64,000 bases of DNA from a virus. The DNA lies in the IMG/VR virus record IMGVR_UViG_3300003873_000003, positions 54,361 to 118,360 of that record. One strand, written 5' to 3'. Made by a program: the position numbers and the translations under genes. Positions 37,377 to 47,022 of the stretch are shown here, piece after piece (the stretch's first letter is position 1; each line of letters opens with the position of its first letter). Below the pieces are notes generated by a model. It saw only the letters and a program-made list of their open reading frames with translations. It ran no database searches and was not told where the DNA came from.

Positions 37377-38072
37377 ATGCGTGTTTACAGTAATGCTGTT
37401 GGTGGGACTCCAATAGAGTCTTTCTCTCGTAACAAGGTGACAGCTTCCGCCTCGCAAGCATTGCAGACAAAGGCGTGGTTGCCGTTCGCCTCTGAACCGT
37501 ACCACATAAGCCCCAATATCGAGGATTATGTGGTAACACCTGTTACGATTTTCCCTGCCGAACTTCCTAACCGCAACGGTGTTGGTTTCTCTTACGAGGA
37601 ACTGACTAAGTTCAATCCTAACTTGGGGCAAATTGCCTACAAGACATGGATTGGGAAACCCTTGTTCTCGGAGCATGATAACGAGGACATCGTTCGAGCT
37701 AAGGGTGTAATCTTGGATAGTGTGATGACATGTGTTGGCAAGAACAAGACATGGGTCGTTACATTGTTGTCTGCGTGGGATAGGACAAAAGACCCCGTGC
37801 TTGTAAACGACATCCTAACCCGACCTGACAGTGCTTACAGTATGGGTTCTTATACCTCTGACTTGTCTTGCAGTTACTGTGGGGCTACAGTTAAAGGTGA
37901 TGGAGGCTGTAGCCACATTGACGCTAAGAAACCGCAAATGAAGATAATTGACGGTAAGCTTGTGTACCTGATGGCTGTAGGCGTTGAAGGGTTTGAGTTA
38001 TCTAAGGTAGCTACCCCTGCATTCGTTGACGCTGTTACACCGCAAAACCTTGCTATCAAGCTGTGGGACTAG
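37377..38072 (+). CDS. prohead maturation protease
   Basis: PNRNGVGF, GKPLFSEHDN (His), YSMGS (Ser), CSYCG..C.H, GFELSKVATPAF; likely start ATG 37377. Confidence 0.8.
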   Translation: MRVYSNAVGGTPIESFSRNKVTASASQALQTKAWLPFASEPYHISPNIEDYVVTPVTIFPAELPNRNGVGFSYEELTKFNPNLGQIAYKTWIGKPLFSEHDNEDIVRAKGVILDSVMTCVGKNKTWVVTLLSAWDRTKDPVLVNDILTRPDSAYSMGSYTSDLSCSYCGATVKGDGGCSHIDAKKPQMKIIDGKLVYLMAVGVEGFELSKVATPAFVDAVTPQNLAIKLWD

Positions 38073-38207
38073 GCTGATACAGAAACGATTTATATACGAT
38101 ACTTCCAATAGCTTCGGCTTCAAATCCTGTAACAAGGCTTTGTCGCACTCTAATTCGATACAACCCGTAAAGATGAATAAACGGGACGTTATATAAGGAG
38201 ATTTAAT

Positions 38208-39743
38208 ATGTTGAATATTATTGCACGCTTGGAAGCTATTGAAGCTACCCTAGCAGGTAACATGCCTAAGTTCAAACTCAGAGACCGTGTTGTCGTAAAT
38301 ATGGGGGAATCCTTCGAGAAACCTCGCTACATGTTGGCTACTATCACTGCCTTAGCCCCTTCTCAGGAGGCTTTTAAGGTTACATTGGATAGCGGCGAAA
38401 AAGACATCGTTGTAAAATATGCTCATGAGAACCGCAGGGATGCGTTGTCTGATATGCCTATGTTCATCGGTATGGCTGCTGCTGAATATGCTGGCAGCAA
38501 GCAAAAGAAAGCTGTTCATCGTAAGGCACCTATTCGTAAACACTTGATTCACAACTACGTTAATGGCGTGCCTTTGGACTCCAAATCTGGTAAGGGTGTA
38601 CCTGCTTGGGGTAGCATCCCTGTTAAACGTGCTGGTGATTCTGCTGAAGACACATCAACTCGTTCTCGTTCTTCCTCCCCAGCTAAGACTCGTCCTAGTG
38701 GATTGGCTTTGCGTTCTCGTGTTTTGGTTGACTACCATGCACATTCAGAAGACGAAGGGGCTCACCCTGAATTGATGTTGGGTACTATTGTCGGGTTCCG
38801 CAACGGCATGGCTACTGTGAGCTTCGATTATGACCCTACTGAAAAACGCAAGTATAAAGAAGAAATCAGTGTTGATTCAGGTATCTTGGCTGTCTTGCCT
38901 GACGATACTGAAATTGACGACCGTATCCTTACTCGTTCCCAAGCTCGTGCTTATTCTAAGGGCGTTGAATTACCTGCTGCACCTGCTCGTGATGACTCAT
39001 TTGAACCCGACCCTGAAATCAAACGTGGTGAGATTGTCGTAGGTAACTACACCGCCAACATGAAGGTTGAAGGCAAGCCTTACGGTGACCGTTACTACTT
39101 AGGTAAGGTTATTAAAGTAAGCTTGGGTCGTGCTTATGTTCAATACAATGATGGAAGCCGTGGTAACTACCCAGCTAAGTTCTCTCAAAAGGGTATTGTC
39201 GGTATTGTAACTAAAGGTGCGGATGCTGAAACACGCAAGACAAGTATCGCCCCTAACAAACTTGACACTTACTTGGATGATGAGTTCTTGTTTGACTTAG
39301 GTAAATACCACATGCTATCTAAGGGTGATGTTTCCTCTCATTACACAGGTGAGCATAACGGTAAGAGTCCTTGGGCTCCTGGAGGCGCACGCCGACCTGC
39401 AACACGTAAGCCTGCTGCTGAAAAACCTGCAACACGCCGCCGTAAAGCAGCACCTAAGCCTAAGCCTAAGACAATCGCCGACATTGAAACTAAAGCTAAG
39501 TATAAGGCTAAAGACCGCATCGTAGCAGAGTTCCCAGATGAAGACGGCAACGTTATGTACTACTTGGGTGTTGTAACACGGGCTTCTGGGGATACAGTAA
39601 ATGCTGTCTTCGATGACACCGACAAGTATACTTTCCCTAACGAAACTGTTAGCCCTGGGGAGTTTGGTATCTTGGGATTATCTACTCATGAAGAACACCA
39701 CGATGAGCCTATCTCTAAAGATGACATCGGTGATTTCATCTAA
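38208..39743 (+). CDS. protein with four Tudor/SH3-like repeats, putative internal head protein
   Basis: Four copies of the DRVVV...Y.LG.V...V.FD..G(I/L) domain. Confidence 0.7.
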   Translation: MLNIIARLEAIEATLAGNMPKFKLRDRVVVNMGESFEKPRYMLATITALAPSQEAFKVTLDSGEKDIVVKYAHENRRDALSDMPMFIGMAAAEYAGSKQKKAVHRKAPIRKHLIHNYVNGVPLDSKSGKGVPAWGSIPVKRAGDSAEDTSTRSRSSSPAKTRPSGLALRSRVLVDYHAHSEDEGAHPELMLGTIVGFRNGMATVSFDYDPTEKRKYKEEISVDSGILAVLPDDTEIDDRILTRSQARAYSKGVELPAAPARDDSFEPDPEIKRGEIVVGNYTANMKVEGKPYGDRYYLGKVIKVSLGRAYVQYNDGSRGNYPAKFSQKGIVGIVTKGADAETRKTSIAPNKLDTYLDDEFLFDLGKYHMLSKGDVSSHYTGEHNGKSPWAPGGARRPATRKPAAEKPATRRRKAAPKPKPKTIADIETKAKYKAKDRIVAEFPDEDGNVMYYLGVVTRASGDTVNAVFDDTDKYTFPNETVSPGEFGILGLSTHEEHHDEPISKDDIGDFI

Positions 39744-39782
39744 CCAAAGATTTACGGGTAACCCCGTTAACTAGACTTATGA

Positions 39783-39811
39783 TGCGCATGAGTTGGTATG
39801 ACTCATGCGCA
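39783..39811 (+). promoter_or_regulatory. hairpin abutting scaffold RBS
   Basis: TGCGCATGAGTT/GACTCATGCGCA directly before AAAGGAG. Confidence 0.5.
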
Positions 39812-39828
39812 CGAAAGGAGACCCTATC

Positions 39829-41019
39829 ATGCTTAAAAAGATTACAGCGAGTGTATTGGGTGATACACCTGTGATTGCTTCAAGCTTGGCGCCACTGCAT
39901 GAGTGCATCTGTAGTTCGTGTGGTACTAAGGTCATTGCCTCCGTTGGTGAGTCGAATCCTCACTGCGTTGTCTGTGCGGCTGCTACTGTTCCACTATCAG
40001 AGTGCGACCCTAGTTTTGACCGAGCCTCCCTAGTTCACTTGGCTAAGTGTTCTTGTGGTGCCGACTTGAGCATCAGTAAAGAGTTTGATTCTAATCTTAC
40101 TGCTAAATTGAAGTCTAAGCTGCATTGCATTGAATGCGGAGCGGCTATGGACTTCGAGGATGAAGGTGATTACGAAGAGGACAATGCCGTGCAGGAAGAA
40201 GAACCCATTGACTTGGACGACCCTGCCCTTGACTTAGACCCTCACAGCGAGCCTACGGTTAAGAAGCACGAACCACAGTTACAGTACCCAGATGGTGCTG
40301 AAACCGAAGATGAAGCCATCAACAACATCAAAGAGACCATCGAAGATACAACCCCAATGGATTCTTCCATTACAGCGGCGTTCGATGGTAAGCAATACGC
40401 TATCTTCAAAGGCTCTAAGGTAATCGCTACCATTGCCAAAGATGATGTGAGCGAAAGTGTTGCTAAGGTATTCGGGACTCGTTCTTTCTTACCTGCCTTG
40501 CAAGCTGCTATCCAAGCAAACCGCACAGAAGGCTATGGCTTGAAAAAAGTATCTGTTGTTCTTGATGATTCCCACATCAACAAGAAAATCGAAGCTGCTG
40601 TTGCCAAAGAGAAAGAAGACATGCGAGCTAATTTTGAACAAGCGATGTCTATTGCTGCCGCAGGGCAAGTTAAAGGCATGTTCAAAGCCCCTTTGTTTGA
40701 CGCTATGGAAAAAGAGCTTACTGCGTTAGGCGTGGCTAATGCCGCAAGTATCGTAAGTCGCCTTGTAGCAACTGCGGGTCCTAGCCAAATGGATATTCTC
40801 GTCAATGAGGCTACTCACTTGTTAGACTCAAGTAAAGATGAACGTAATACACTAGCTAAGAAGCTCCTACGCACTACTACAGAAGCTTCTGTTTCCAATG
40901 ATGTGGCTACTCCAGCACCTGCACAACGCATTGACCGTGTTGTAAGCAAGAGCAATGCGCCACACACCGAAGCACCAATAAAGAAGTTTGGAACTTTGTT
41001 CCCAACAACCCCAGTATAA
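39829..41019 (+). CDS. prohead scaffold/core protein with zinc ribbons (putative)
   Basis: CxxC pairs, acidic linker, helical C-terminus; lies between protease and capsid. Confidence 0.6.
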   Translation: MLKKITASVLGDTPVIASSLAPLHECICSSCGTKVIASVGESNPHCVVCAAATVPLSECDPSFDRASLVHLAKCSCGADLSISKEFDSNLTAKLKSKLHCIECGAAMDFEDEGDYEEDNAVQEEEPIDLDDPALDLDPHSEPTVKKHEPQLQYPDGAETEDEAINNIKETIEDTTPMDSSITAAFDGKQYAIFKGSKVIATIAKDDVSESVAKVFGTRSFLPALQAAIQANRTEGYGLKKVSVVLDDSHINKKIEAAVAKEKEDMRANFEQAMSIAAAGQVKGMFKAPLFDAMEKELTALGVANAASIVSRLVATAGPSQMDILVNEATHLLDSSKDERNTLAKKLLRTTTEASVSNDVATPAPAQRIDRVVSKSNAPHTEAPIKKFGTLFPTTPV

Positions 41020-41034
41020 AGGAGGCATTCTTAA

Positions 41035-41742
41035 ATGCTTTATCATCTTAAAACACAAATCGTAAATTCTTCCGAAGTTGCTGTTGACCCAGCTGCTTCC
41101 ATTACCACAGAAGGTATGGCTTTGGTTAGCAACCTCATCAACGGTATTCAGCATGTATCACCTTCTACAGGTGTTGCGGGCGAACAATTCGCAGGGTTCA
41201 GCTATGGTGAAACAGTTATCCCTAATACTGCACCTGCTGTATTCTCTGCTATCGCCGCTGCTACACAAGTATTGCCCCATGCACCTGTAGGCGGTACTCA
41301 AGTACGTATTACAGCTAACGGTACTCCATTGACCGCTGCTGCTGCCCCAGCTGGTGGTGGTGCTGCTACTGCTGCGGCAGGTACTTTCGTACTTGCAGGT
41401 CAAACATTGACCTTGAATGCTGCCGAAGTGGGTCAAACTCTTGTTGTTACTTATCGTTACGCTTTGACCGCACAACAAGCTCAAATGTTGTATGGCGATG
41501 GCGTTGTTGGTCAATCTGCCGCTGCTTTGTTGCACTCTACTGGTGTCATCAAACAAGGTACAGTTTATACTGACCAATACGATGTAACTGCTGACTATAC
41601 TGCTGGCGCACAACTACGCTTGGCTCCTAATGGCATGATTACTACTGCTGCTGGTACTGGTGTCGCTTTGACTGGTATGACTGTAGTTGAAGTTCCTTCC
41701 GCTGTACAACCTATGTTGGGTGTATCCTTAAACGTAGCATAA
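41035..41742 (+). CDS. capsid decoration/cement protein (putative)
   Basis: Ala/Gly/Thr-rich, YTDQYD motif, immediately upstream of the capsid gene. Confidence 0.6.
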   Translation: MLYHLKTQIVNSSEVAVDPAASITTEGMALVSNLINGIQHVSPSTGVAGEQFAGFSYGETVIPNTAPAVFSAIAAATQVLPHAPVGGTQVRITANGTPLTAAAAPAGGGAATAAAGTFVLAGQTLTLNAAEVGQTLVVTYRYALTAQQAQMLYGDGVVGQSAAALLHSTGVIKQGTVYTDQYDVTADYTAGAQLRLAPNGMITTAAGTGVALTGMTVVEVPSAVQPMLGVSLNVA

Positions 41743-41788
41743 GGTATCTAAAGTATACCTTGGGTCTATAAGACTCATAATGGCATAC

Positions 41789-41841
41789 AGCCATACAGCT
41801 TGACTCTAATTCCTTTTAGAAGGGTGTTAGGCTGTGTGGCT
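41789..41841 (+). promoter_or_regulatory. long leader hairpin upstream of major capsid gene
   Basis: AGCCATACAGCTTGAC/GTTAGGCTGTGTGGCT with CTAATT in the apical part. Confidence 0.55.
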
Positions 41842-41888
41842 CGGCTCGCCTATCTATTAAAAACAACTGTTAAACAGGAGATTGAAAA

Positions 41889-42959
41889 ATGAGTAACTTC
41901 ACAACCCGTAACGGGGAACCTATCGAAGCATTGCGCTTGGGTGGCTCTCAAGTAGTAGCTTCAAACGGTGAAATTAACGCCCACTCTAAAGGTGAGTTGG
42001 CTCAACAGATTGCATCCTTATTGGCTGCGGCAAATCAAGGCGAAATCGTACAAGCTGAAAGCACACAAGATGCGGAAGCTGCCCGCGAAGCTCGTAAAAT
42101 GGCATTGTCTGCTGCATACCAATCATCTGATTCTGACTTCGAAGACTTAGGTCGCCAGTTGGCTTCCGAAGTTCGTGTGGAAGCTGACCGCCAAGGTTTG
42201 TTACGCCGCATGTTCGTAAAATCAGAAGTAACTCGTGGGAACCAACCACGTATCCGTGTTAGTGAACAAAACGTTATGGCTATCGTTGCAACGTCTGCAT
42301 CACAAAACACACCTACTATGGTTCGCTCGAAACATATCAACCCACCAGAGTTCTATATCACTGCATCCCCTTCAGTTGAAGAACGTGATATTCAACAAAC
42401 TTCTGACGATTTATTGGAAGAAGCTTATTTCCAAGCCCAACAAGGTATCATGGTTGCGGAAGATAAGATTTGGAAATCACAAGCCGATGCAACTGTTGGT
42501 GTGTCCAACGACTTATTGTACTTGGTTGGCGGCTTGACTCCAGCATTCTTCACTCAAATGCGTACTGCCGTAAACTCCCATGGTATCCCTGTAACAAACT
42601 GTGTTATGTCTTCTGACTATTGGGATGACATCATCGCTAATGCAGGCTTCTCTACTTGGTTAGACCCTGTATCTAAGTTTGAGTTGGTATCTACTGGTAC
42701 TTTGGGCTCTATCTTGGGTGTTACTTTGAGTACAGATGCTTTCCGCCGTCAAAGCCTGCGTGTTTTGAATCAAGGTGAATTGTACATGTGTGGTGCCCCT
42801 GAATACCATGGTGCTTATACTGACCGTGATGGCTTGCAATCTCGTGAGTCTGACATCTTCGCTCGCAGCGATGTACCTGCTCGTGGCTGGCGCATGTATG
42901 AATTGATGTCAATGTCCTTGCACAATGCTCGTTCTGTGCAAAAAGGCGTTCGTGCATAA
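41889..42959 (+). CDS. major capsid protein
   Basis: 356 aa, strongly biased codons; DRQGLLRRM, PPEFYI, IMVAEDK, GSILGVTLSTD, RGW..YE HK97-fold-like pattern. Confidence 0.85.
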   Translation: MSNFTTRNGEPIEALRLGGSQVVASNGEINAHSKGELAQQIASLLAAANQGEIVQAESTQDAEAAREARKMALSAAYQSSDSDFEDLGRQLASEVRVEADRQGLLRRMFVKSEVTRGNQPRIRVSEQNVMAIVATSASQNTPTMVRSKHINPPEFYITASPSVEERDIQQTSDDLLEEAYFQAQQGIMVAEDKIWKSQADATVGVSNDLLYLVGGLTPAFFTQMRTAVNSHGIPVTNCVMSSDYWDDIIANAGFSTWLDPVSKFELVSTGTLGSILGVTLSTDAFRRQSLRVLNQGELYMCGAPEYHGAYTDRDGLQSRESDIFARSDVPARGWRMYELMSMSLHNARSVQKGVRA

Positions 42960-42975
42960 TTCATAGCAACCCTTA

Positions 42976-43015
42976 GTTGCCAGTGCAAAGCCCCAACATG
43001 CCTAGCACTGGCAAC
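42976..43015 (+). terminator. hairpin after capsid gene
   Basis: GTTGCCAGTGC/GCACTGGCAAC. Confidence 0.6.
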
Positions 43016-43059
43016 AACTGTTTGAACTAAAAAAACCTGTATATCGAGAGGATACAACA

Positions 43060-43380
43060 ATGAAACATGCTGATATGACACCCCGTGAGCTGCACGCTCA
43101 CTTACAAGAAGTAAACGCTTCTTTTGAAGAAGATGCTGGTTTTGATGAAGACCCAGTAACTGCTTCTGCTAGTACACAACAACTTTGGGCTGGTATGGAC
43201 GAAGAAGTTGATGATGAATTTGAAGAAGACGAATTTGAAGAAGACGAATTTGAAGAAGACGAAGACGATGAATTTGAAGAAGAAGACGATGACTTCGACC
43301 CTGATGAGTTTATGTCAGGTGGCGTAGTTAAGAACCTGAACCTCGCTTCAGCGTCTCGCCGCCGCCGCCGTTACCCTTGA
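43060..43380 (+). CDS. small highly acidic protein with poly-Arg tail
   Basis: EFEED repeats (15-bp unit), C-terminal RRRRRYP. Confidence 0.75.
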   Translation: MKHADMTPRELHAHLQEVNASFEEDAGFDEDPVTASASTQQLWAGMDEEVDDEFEEDEFEEDEFEEDEDDEFEEEDDDFDPDEFMSGGVVKNLNLASASRRRRRYP

Positions 43381-43417
43381 GGCACGGCTCTTCTAGTATA
43401 ACGTAAAGAAAAAACTG

Positions 43418-43458
43418 ATAGGCAGCATAGGTTACATATTGCCTATGCTGCCTATTTT
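43418..43458 (+). terminator. intrinsic terminator
   Basis: ATAGGCAGCATAGG/CCTATGCTGCCTAT plus T-run. Confidence 0.8.
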
Positions 43459-43474
43459 CGTTTGGGGGTGTACC

Positions 43475-44026
43475 TTGTTAGAACTTGTGCTTTCCGACTT
43501 CCGTAAGACACTTGGAAGTCTTGTCTGTCCAACAGAGATGGTTGGTGATAGTAACTTTGGTCTCCGAAGACTGCATAATGAGGATGTTGCTCGTGTTCCT
43601 TATGGAACGTTGCAAGTGACCGCCTTGCGCATATCCGATGACTCCTATAATAAAAGCTCCGCTTATAGGGGTGTTGCAGGTGGTAACCTACGGAAAAGCC
43701 CTCAAGTGCAGTTTGATAGGGTAGTCCCGATGGAAGCTGACATCACCTTCACCTATAGAACCACAGATTTGTCCAGTATATTCAGTACGATTAAGCTAAT
43801 TTTGTTTAGGACGACAGGTGGGGAGTTTAACCGAACGATTACGGTTGATACACTCTCTACCGATACATCCTTTAAGTTGGCTAGTGATTCTATAGGTTTC
43901 GGCGACCCTGATGATAACGGCATCATAGATGTTCCGTTTGAGTTCACTGTGAAGTCTTGTCTGATAGAAGAAGGCTCCATTGCCGCTGTAACGTCTATCG
44001 TACCTACCAAAGTAAATACATTCTAA
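43475..44026 (+). CDS. tail completion/terminator-like protein (putative)
   Basis: Position before sheath; likely TTG start downstream of the terminator. Confidence 0.45.
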   Translation: MLELVLSDFRKTLGSLVCPTEMVGDSNFGLRRLHNEDVARVPYGTLQVTALRISDDSYNKSSAYRGVAGGNLRKSPQVQFDRVVPMEADITFTYRTTDLSSIFSTIKLILFRTTGGEFNRTITVDTLSTDTSFKLASDSIGFGDPDDNGIIDVPFEFTVKSCLIEEGSIAAVTSIVPTKVNTF

Positions 44027-44038
44027 AGGAGTCCCCTC

Positions 44039-44341
44039 GTGTCTGTTACCCATACCGTTGTGACTACTCACAACACAAACATACGCCGTGTTGTGTCTCG
44101 GCAGACGCTTGTACTAGCAAGCCCCTCTTTCTCTGAGAGAGTTGAAGCCTTAGCACCTGCCGCTGTGTTGACCTTGGCTGTGACTACCCATATTACCATA
44201 TACAGTGATGTCCCTGTGACGGTTACTGTTGGAATCCAAGCTTTCGTCTGCACTCACTTTATGGTGGATGCCGCCATGCCTTCCGTGACTATCGCAAATA
44301 CAGGTCTCGTACCTGCCAATCTTACAATAATAATGGGGTAA
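44039..44341 (+). CDS. small beta-rich structural protein (putative)
   Basis: AAGGAG RBS, GTG start. Confidence 0.6.
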   Translation: MSVTHTVVTTHNTNIRRVVSRQTLVLASPSFSERVEALAPAAVLTLAVTTHITIYSDVPVTVTVGIQAFVCTHFMVDAAMPSVTIANTGLVPANLTIIMG

Positions 44342-44348
44342 ACTACTT

Positions 44349-44660
44349 ATGAAAGAAAAACAACCGATTTCGGATACATTACCAACAACCACTCCAACAA
44401 CGGAGCCTGCACCGCAACAAACTTATGAGTATAAGCTGTTTAACTCCACTGACTTCATGTGTGAGCTACCCTTACACGGAGAGGTTTACCACTTGGCTCC
44501 CAAGGTTGGCAGTGTGGTTATATTGGATTGCGAGCTTACTGATGACCTTCCTGATGGCGTATTCATCATGGATAAGCCACCTGAGAAGGCTCCCTACGAA
44601 GACAAGAACTTTCGACCTGATACTAGCAAGTCGCCAACAAGTGCAGTGAAGCTTATCTAA
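44349..44660 (+). CDS. hypothetical protein
   Basis: 103 aa in the tail operon. Confidence 0.6.
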   Translation: MKEKQPISDTLPTTTPTTEPAPQQTYEYKLFNSTDFMCELPLHGEVYHLAPKVGSVVILDCELTDDLPDGVFIMDKPPEKAPYEDKNFRPDTSKSPTSAVKLI

Positions 44661-44697
44661 GCTGCGCTAACGAATCTATATAGGAGGACTTGCTAGT

Positions 44698-46419
44698 ATG
44701 CCAACATACGCCAGTTCTGGAACTTATAGAAAAGAGACTGACCTAAGCGCAACGGGGAACCAACAAGGTGCTTCCGCAGGTGCATTGGTCGTTCACTCCA
44801 ATAGAGGTAGTGAGGAAATTACTTTAATCACTCGTGAAGAAGATTATGTTGCTGAATACGGACAGCCCGACCCTGCGTTAGGGTTCGGACACTTTGCAGC
44901 AATTCCATTCTTATCACAATCAAATCAACTGTATGTTAAGCGTGTTGTTAACGGGGCTTTACGTGCAGGTGTTGAAATTACAGATACAGGTACAGTCACC
45001 GCAGCAATTCCTTGGGCTGTAGGTAAGACCACTGCAACCGTGAACAATGTTTTCCCTGCTGGGACAACTCCTGTTCCTTTGGTGTTCGGTGCTACTACTG
45101 CGTTCCATGTGTTCGCACGTAATAGCGGTGCTTGGGGTAACACCTTGCACATCGAGATTGCCAACATCCGCTTGGTGAACCTCGGTGCGAATCAAGAGTT
45201 TGACTTGCTTGTGTTTGAAAACGGTGTGTTGATGAACACCTACACTGTGTCGCTTGACCACCATGTTGATGGTTATGGGCAACAGACTTTCATCGAGGAA
45301 CGGATTAACTTGTTCCCTGGGCTTATCAGTGTTCGTGTTAACCCAGCTTTTGTTGGCACAATCTCTACCCCAATCACAGCCCCTGTGGCTGCTGTACCTG
45401 CGGTGGCTGCCGTACCTGCTAACCCTGCTGCTGTACCACCTACACCTGCAATCCCACCTAAACCTGCTGTAGCTGCAAATGCAGGTGCGCCGTTTGGTGG
45501 TGGCTTTGACGGGGCTATCCCTACTGAATCGCAGATTATGCTCGGTTGGGACGCTTTCTCTGACCCTCAACAGACGCATGTGCAGATTCTTATCAATGGT
45601 GGCTATGCTTCTATTGCAGTGCATCAACACATCTTTGGTATTTCTGTACTGCGTGGGGATGCTACATCGGTGTTGGATATGCCGAGTAATATGCAGGAAG
45701 TCTTAGCTGCTAAATCCTATCGGGACTTATACCTAGGTATTGATAGTAGCCAAGCATCCATCTACACTTGTGATGTGCTTGTGAAAGACAAGTATTCGGG
45801 TCGTACTTTGTATGTTCCACCATCAGGTTTCGCTGCCGCTGTGTTCGCTCGTACTGACCGTACCACTAACGTAAGCTTTGCACCTGCTGGGCTTAACCGT
45901 GGTTTGTTATCAGGTATGGGTTTGACTGTACTTGGTTTGCGTGTTAAGTATGATAGAGCTGCCCGTGACATTTTGACACCTTCACAAATCAACTCTATTG
46001 TATGGCGCAACGGTGTTGGTCCCTATATCACAGAGCAAGAAACTCTGCAATCCTTCCAGTCTGCTGTATCCAATATCGGCGTTCGCCGCATGTTGAACCA
46101 GTTGGAAACCTACATTGCGAACATGATGGATTACACGTTGATGGAACCTGGGGATGCCTTCTTACATGCAGAAATCATCTCTCGTATCAACTTGAAGTTA
46201 GAAGAGCTGCATAATGCCCGTGCATTCGCTATGACTTTGGATGGCTCTTTGCCTTACATGGTGGTTATCAAACAAACATCTGCACAGATTGACGCAGGCG
46301 TAACACCTGTAACGGTTATGTTGAAACCTGGGATTCCAAATAAAGTTGTTATTCTTAACACTGTGCTTACTCGTAACGGTGCTTCCTTCAAGACCGTCTT
46401 AGCACAAGGAGGCTTCTAA
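44698..46419 (+). CDS. tail sheath protein
   Basis: GTYRKETDLS, GAWGN, YVPPSGF, FAPAGLNRG, IGVRRML. Confidence 0.93.
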   Translation: MPTYASSGTYRKETDLSATGNQQGASAGALVVHSNRGSEEITLITREEDYVAEYGQPDPALGFGHFAAIPFLSQSNQLYVKRVVNGALRAGVEITDTGTVTAAIPWAVGKTTATVNNVFPAGTTPVPLVFGATTAFHVFARNSGAWGNTLHIEIANIRLVNLGANQEFDLLVFENGVLMNTYTVSLDHHVDGYGQQTFIEERINLFPGLISVRVNPAFVGTISTPITAPVAAVPAVAAVPANPAAVPPTPAIPPKPAVAANAGAPFGGGFDGAIPTESQIMLGWDAFSDPQQTHVQILINGGYASIAVHQHIFGISVLRGDATSVLDMPSNMQEVLAAKSYRDLYLGIDSSQASIYTCDVLVKDKYSGRTLYVPPSGFAAAVFARTDRTTNVSFAPAGLNRGLLSGMGLTVLGLRVKYDRAARDILTPSQINSIVWRNGVGPYITEQETLQSFQSAVSNIGVRRMLNQLETYIANMMDYTLMEPGDAFLHAEIISRINLKLEELHNARAFAMTLDGSLPYMVVIKQTSAQIDAGVTPVTVMLKPGIPNKVVILNTVLTRNGASFKTVLAQGGF

Positions 46420-46928
46420 TGGCTGTTGGATTACAAGACGTTCGGGGGCTACCTGACCCTCTTGACACAGAAGATTTTTTGTTCACTATCCCTGCTATGC
46501 CTGTCGGTAGCGCACGTCACTTAGAGATTAAGTGTAAGACAGTTGACCTCCCGGGCTTTGGTACGGAGAAGAAGACTGTTGAGCTACATGGCTTCAAGGT
46601 TCATTATGCAGGCACTAAGAAGTTCGATGGTACTATGTCTGTCTCTTTCGTTGAAGGTCGGGACTTAGCTGTCTATCGTGACCTGCTCCTTTGGAGTGAG
46701 CTTGTCAAAAGCACTCGTGCAGGTATGGGGGCAAGTAAGCTAGTGTACTCTACCATAGGTATGATTTCACTACTTGATAACTCTCGTATGCAGTCAGGCT
46801 TGTTCAATGTTGAGGGTTTGTTCCCTGAGGATGTAGAGCAGACATCTCTTGGTGAGGCAGGCGTTATGCTTGTCACCGCTAGTTTCTCCTACGACATCTT
46901 AGCTCCAGAGCTTGCTATCTTAGCTTAG
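46419..46928 (+). CDS. tail tube protein
   Basis: CKTVDLPG, HYAG...F.G..SVSF.E, GLFP, FSYD; follows sheath. Confidence 0.85.
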   Translation: MAVGLQDVRGLPDPLDTEDFLFTIPAMPVGSARHLEIKCKTVDLPGFGTEKKTVELHGFKVHYAGTKKFDGTMSVSFVEGRDLAVYRDLLLWSELVKSTRAGMGASKLVYSTIGMISLLDNSRMQSGLFNVEGLFPEDVEQTSLGEAGVMLVTASFSYDILAPELAILA

Positions 46929-46951
46929 TACAACGTATGGTACACTAGACT

Positions 46952-46990
46952 ATAGCCGCAGTACATACTACTTGTACTGCGGCTATTTTT
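46952..46990 (+). terminator. intrinsic terminator
   Basis: ATAGCCGCAGTACA/TGTACTGCGGCTAT plus T-run. Confidence 0.8.
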
Positions 46991-47022
46991 ATTTCCCTAC
47001 ACAGTCATAAGGAGGTAACTTA

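Noticed and set aside
38073-38207. Possible tRNA in an intergenic gap (contains TTCAAATCC)
   Set aside because: No acceptor stem or cloverleaf could be formed around it.
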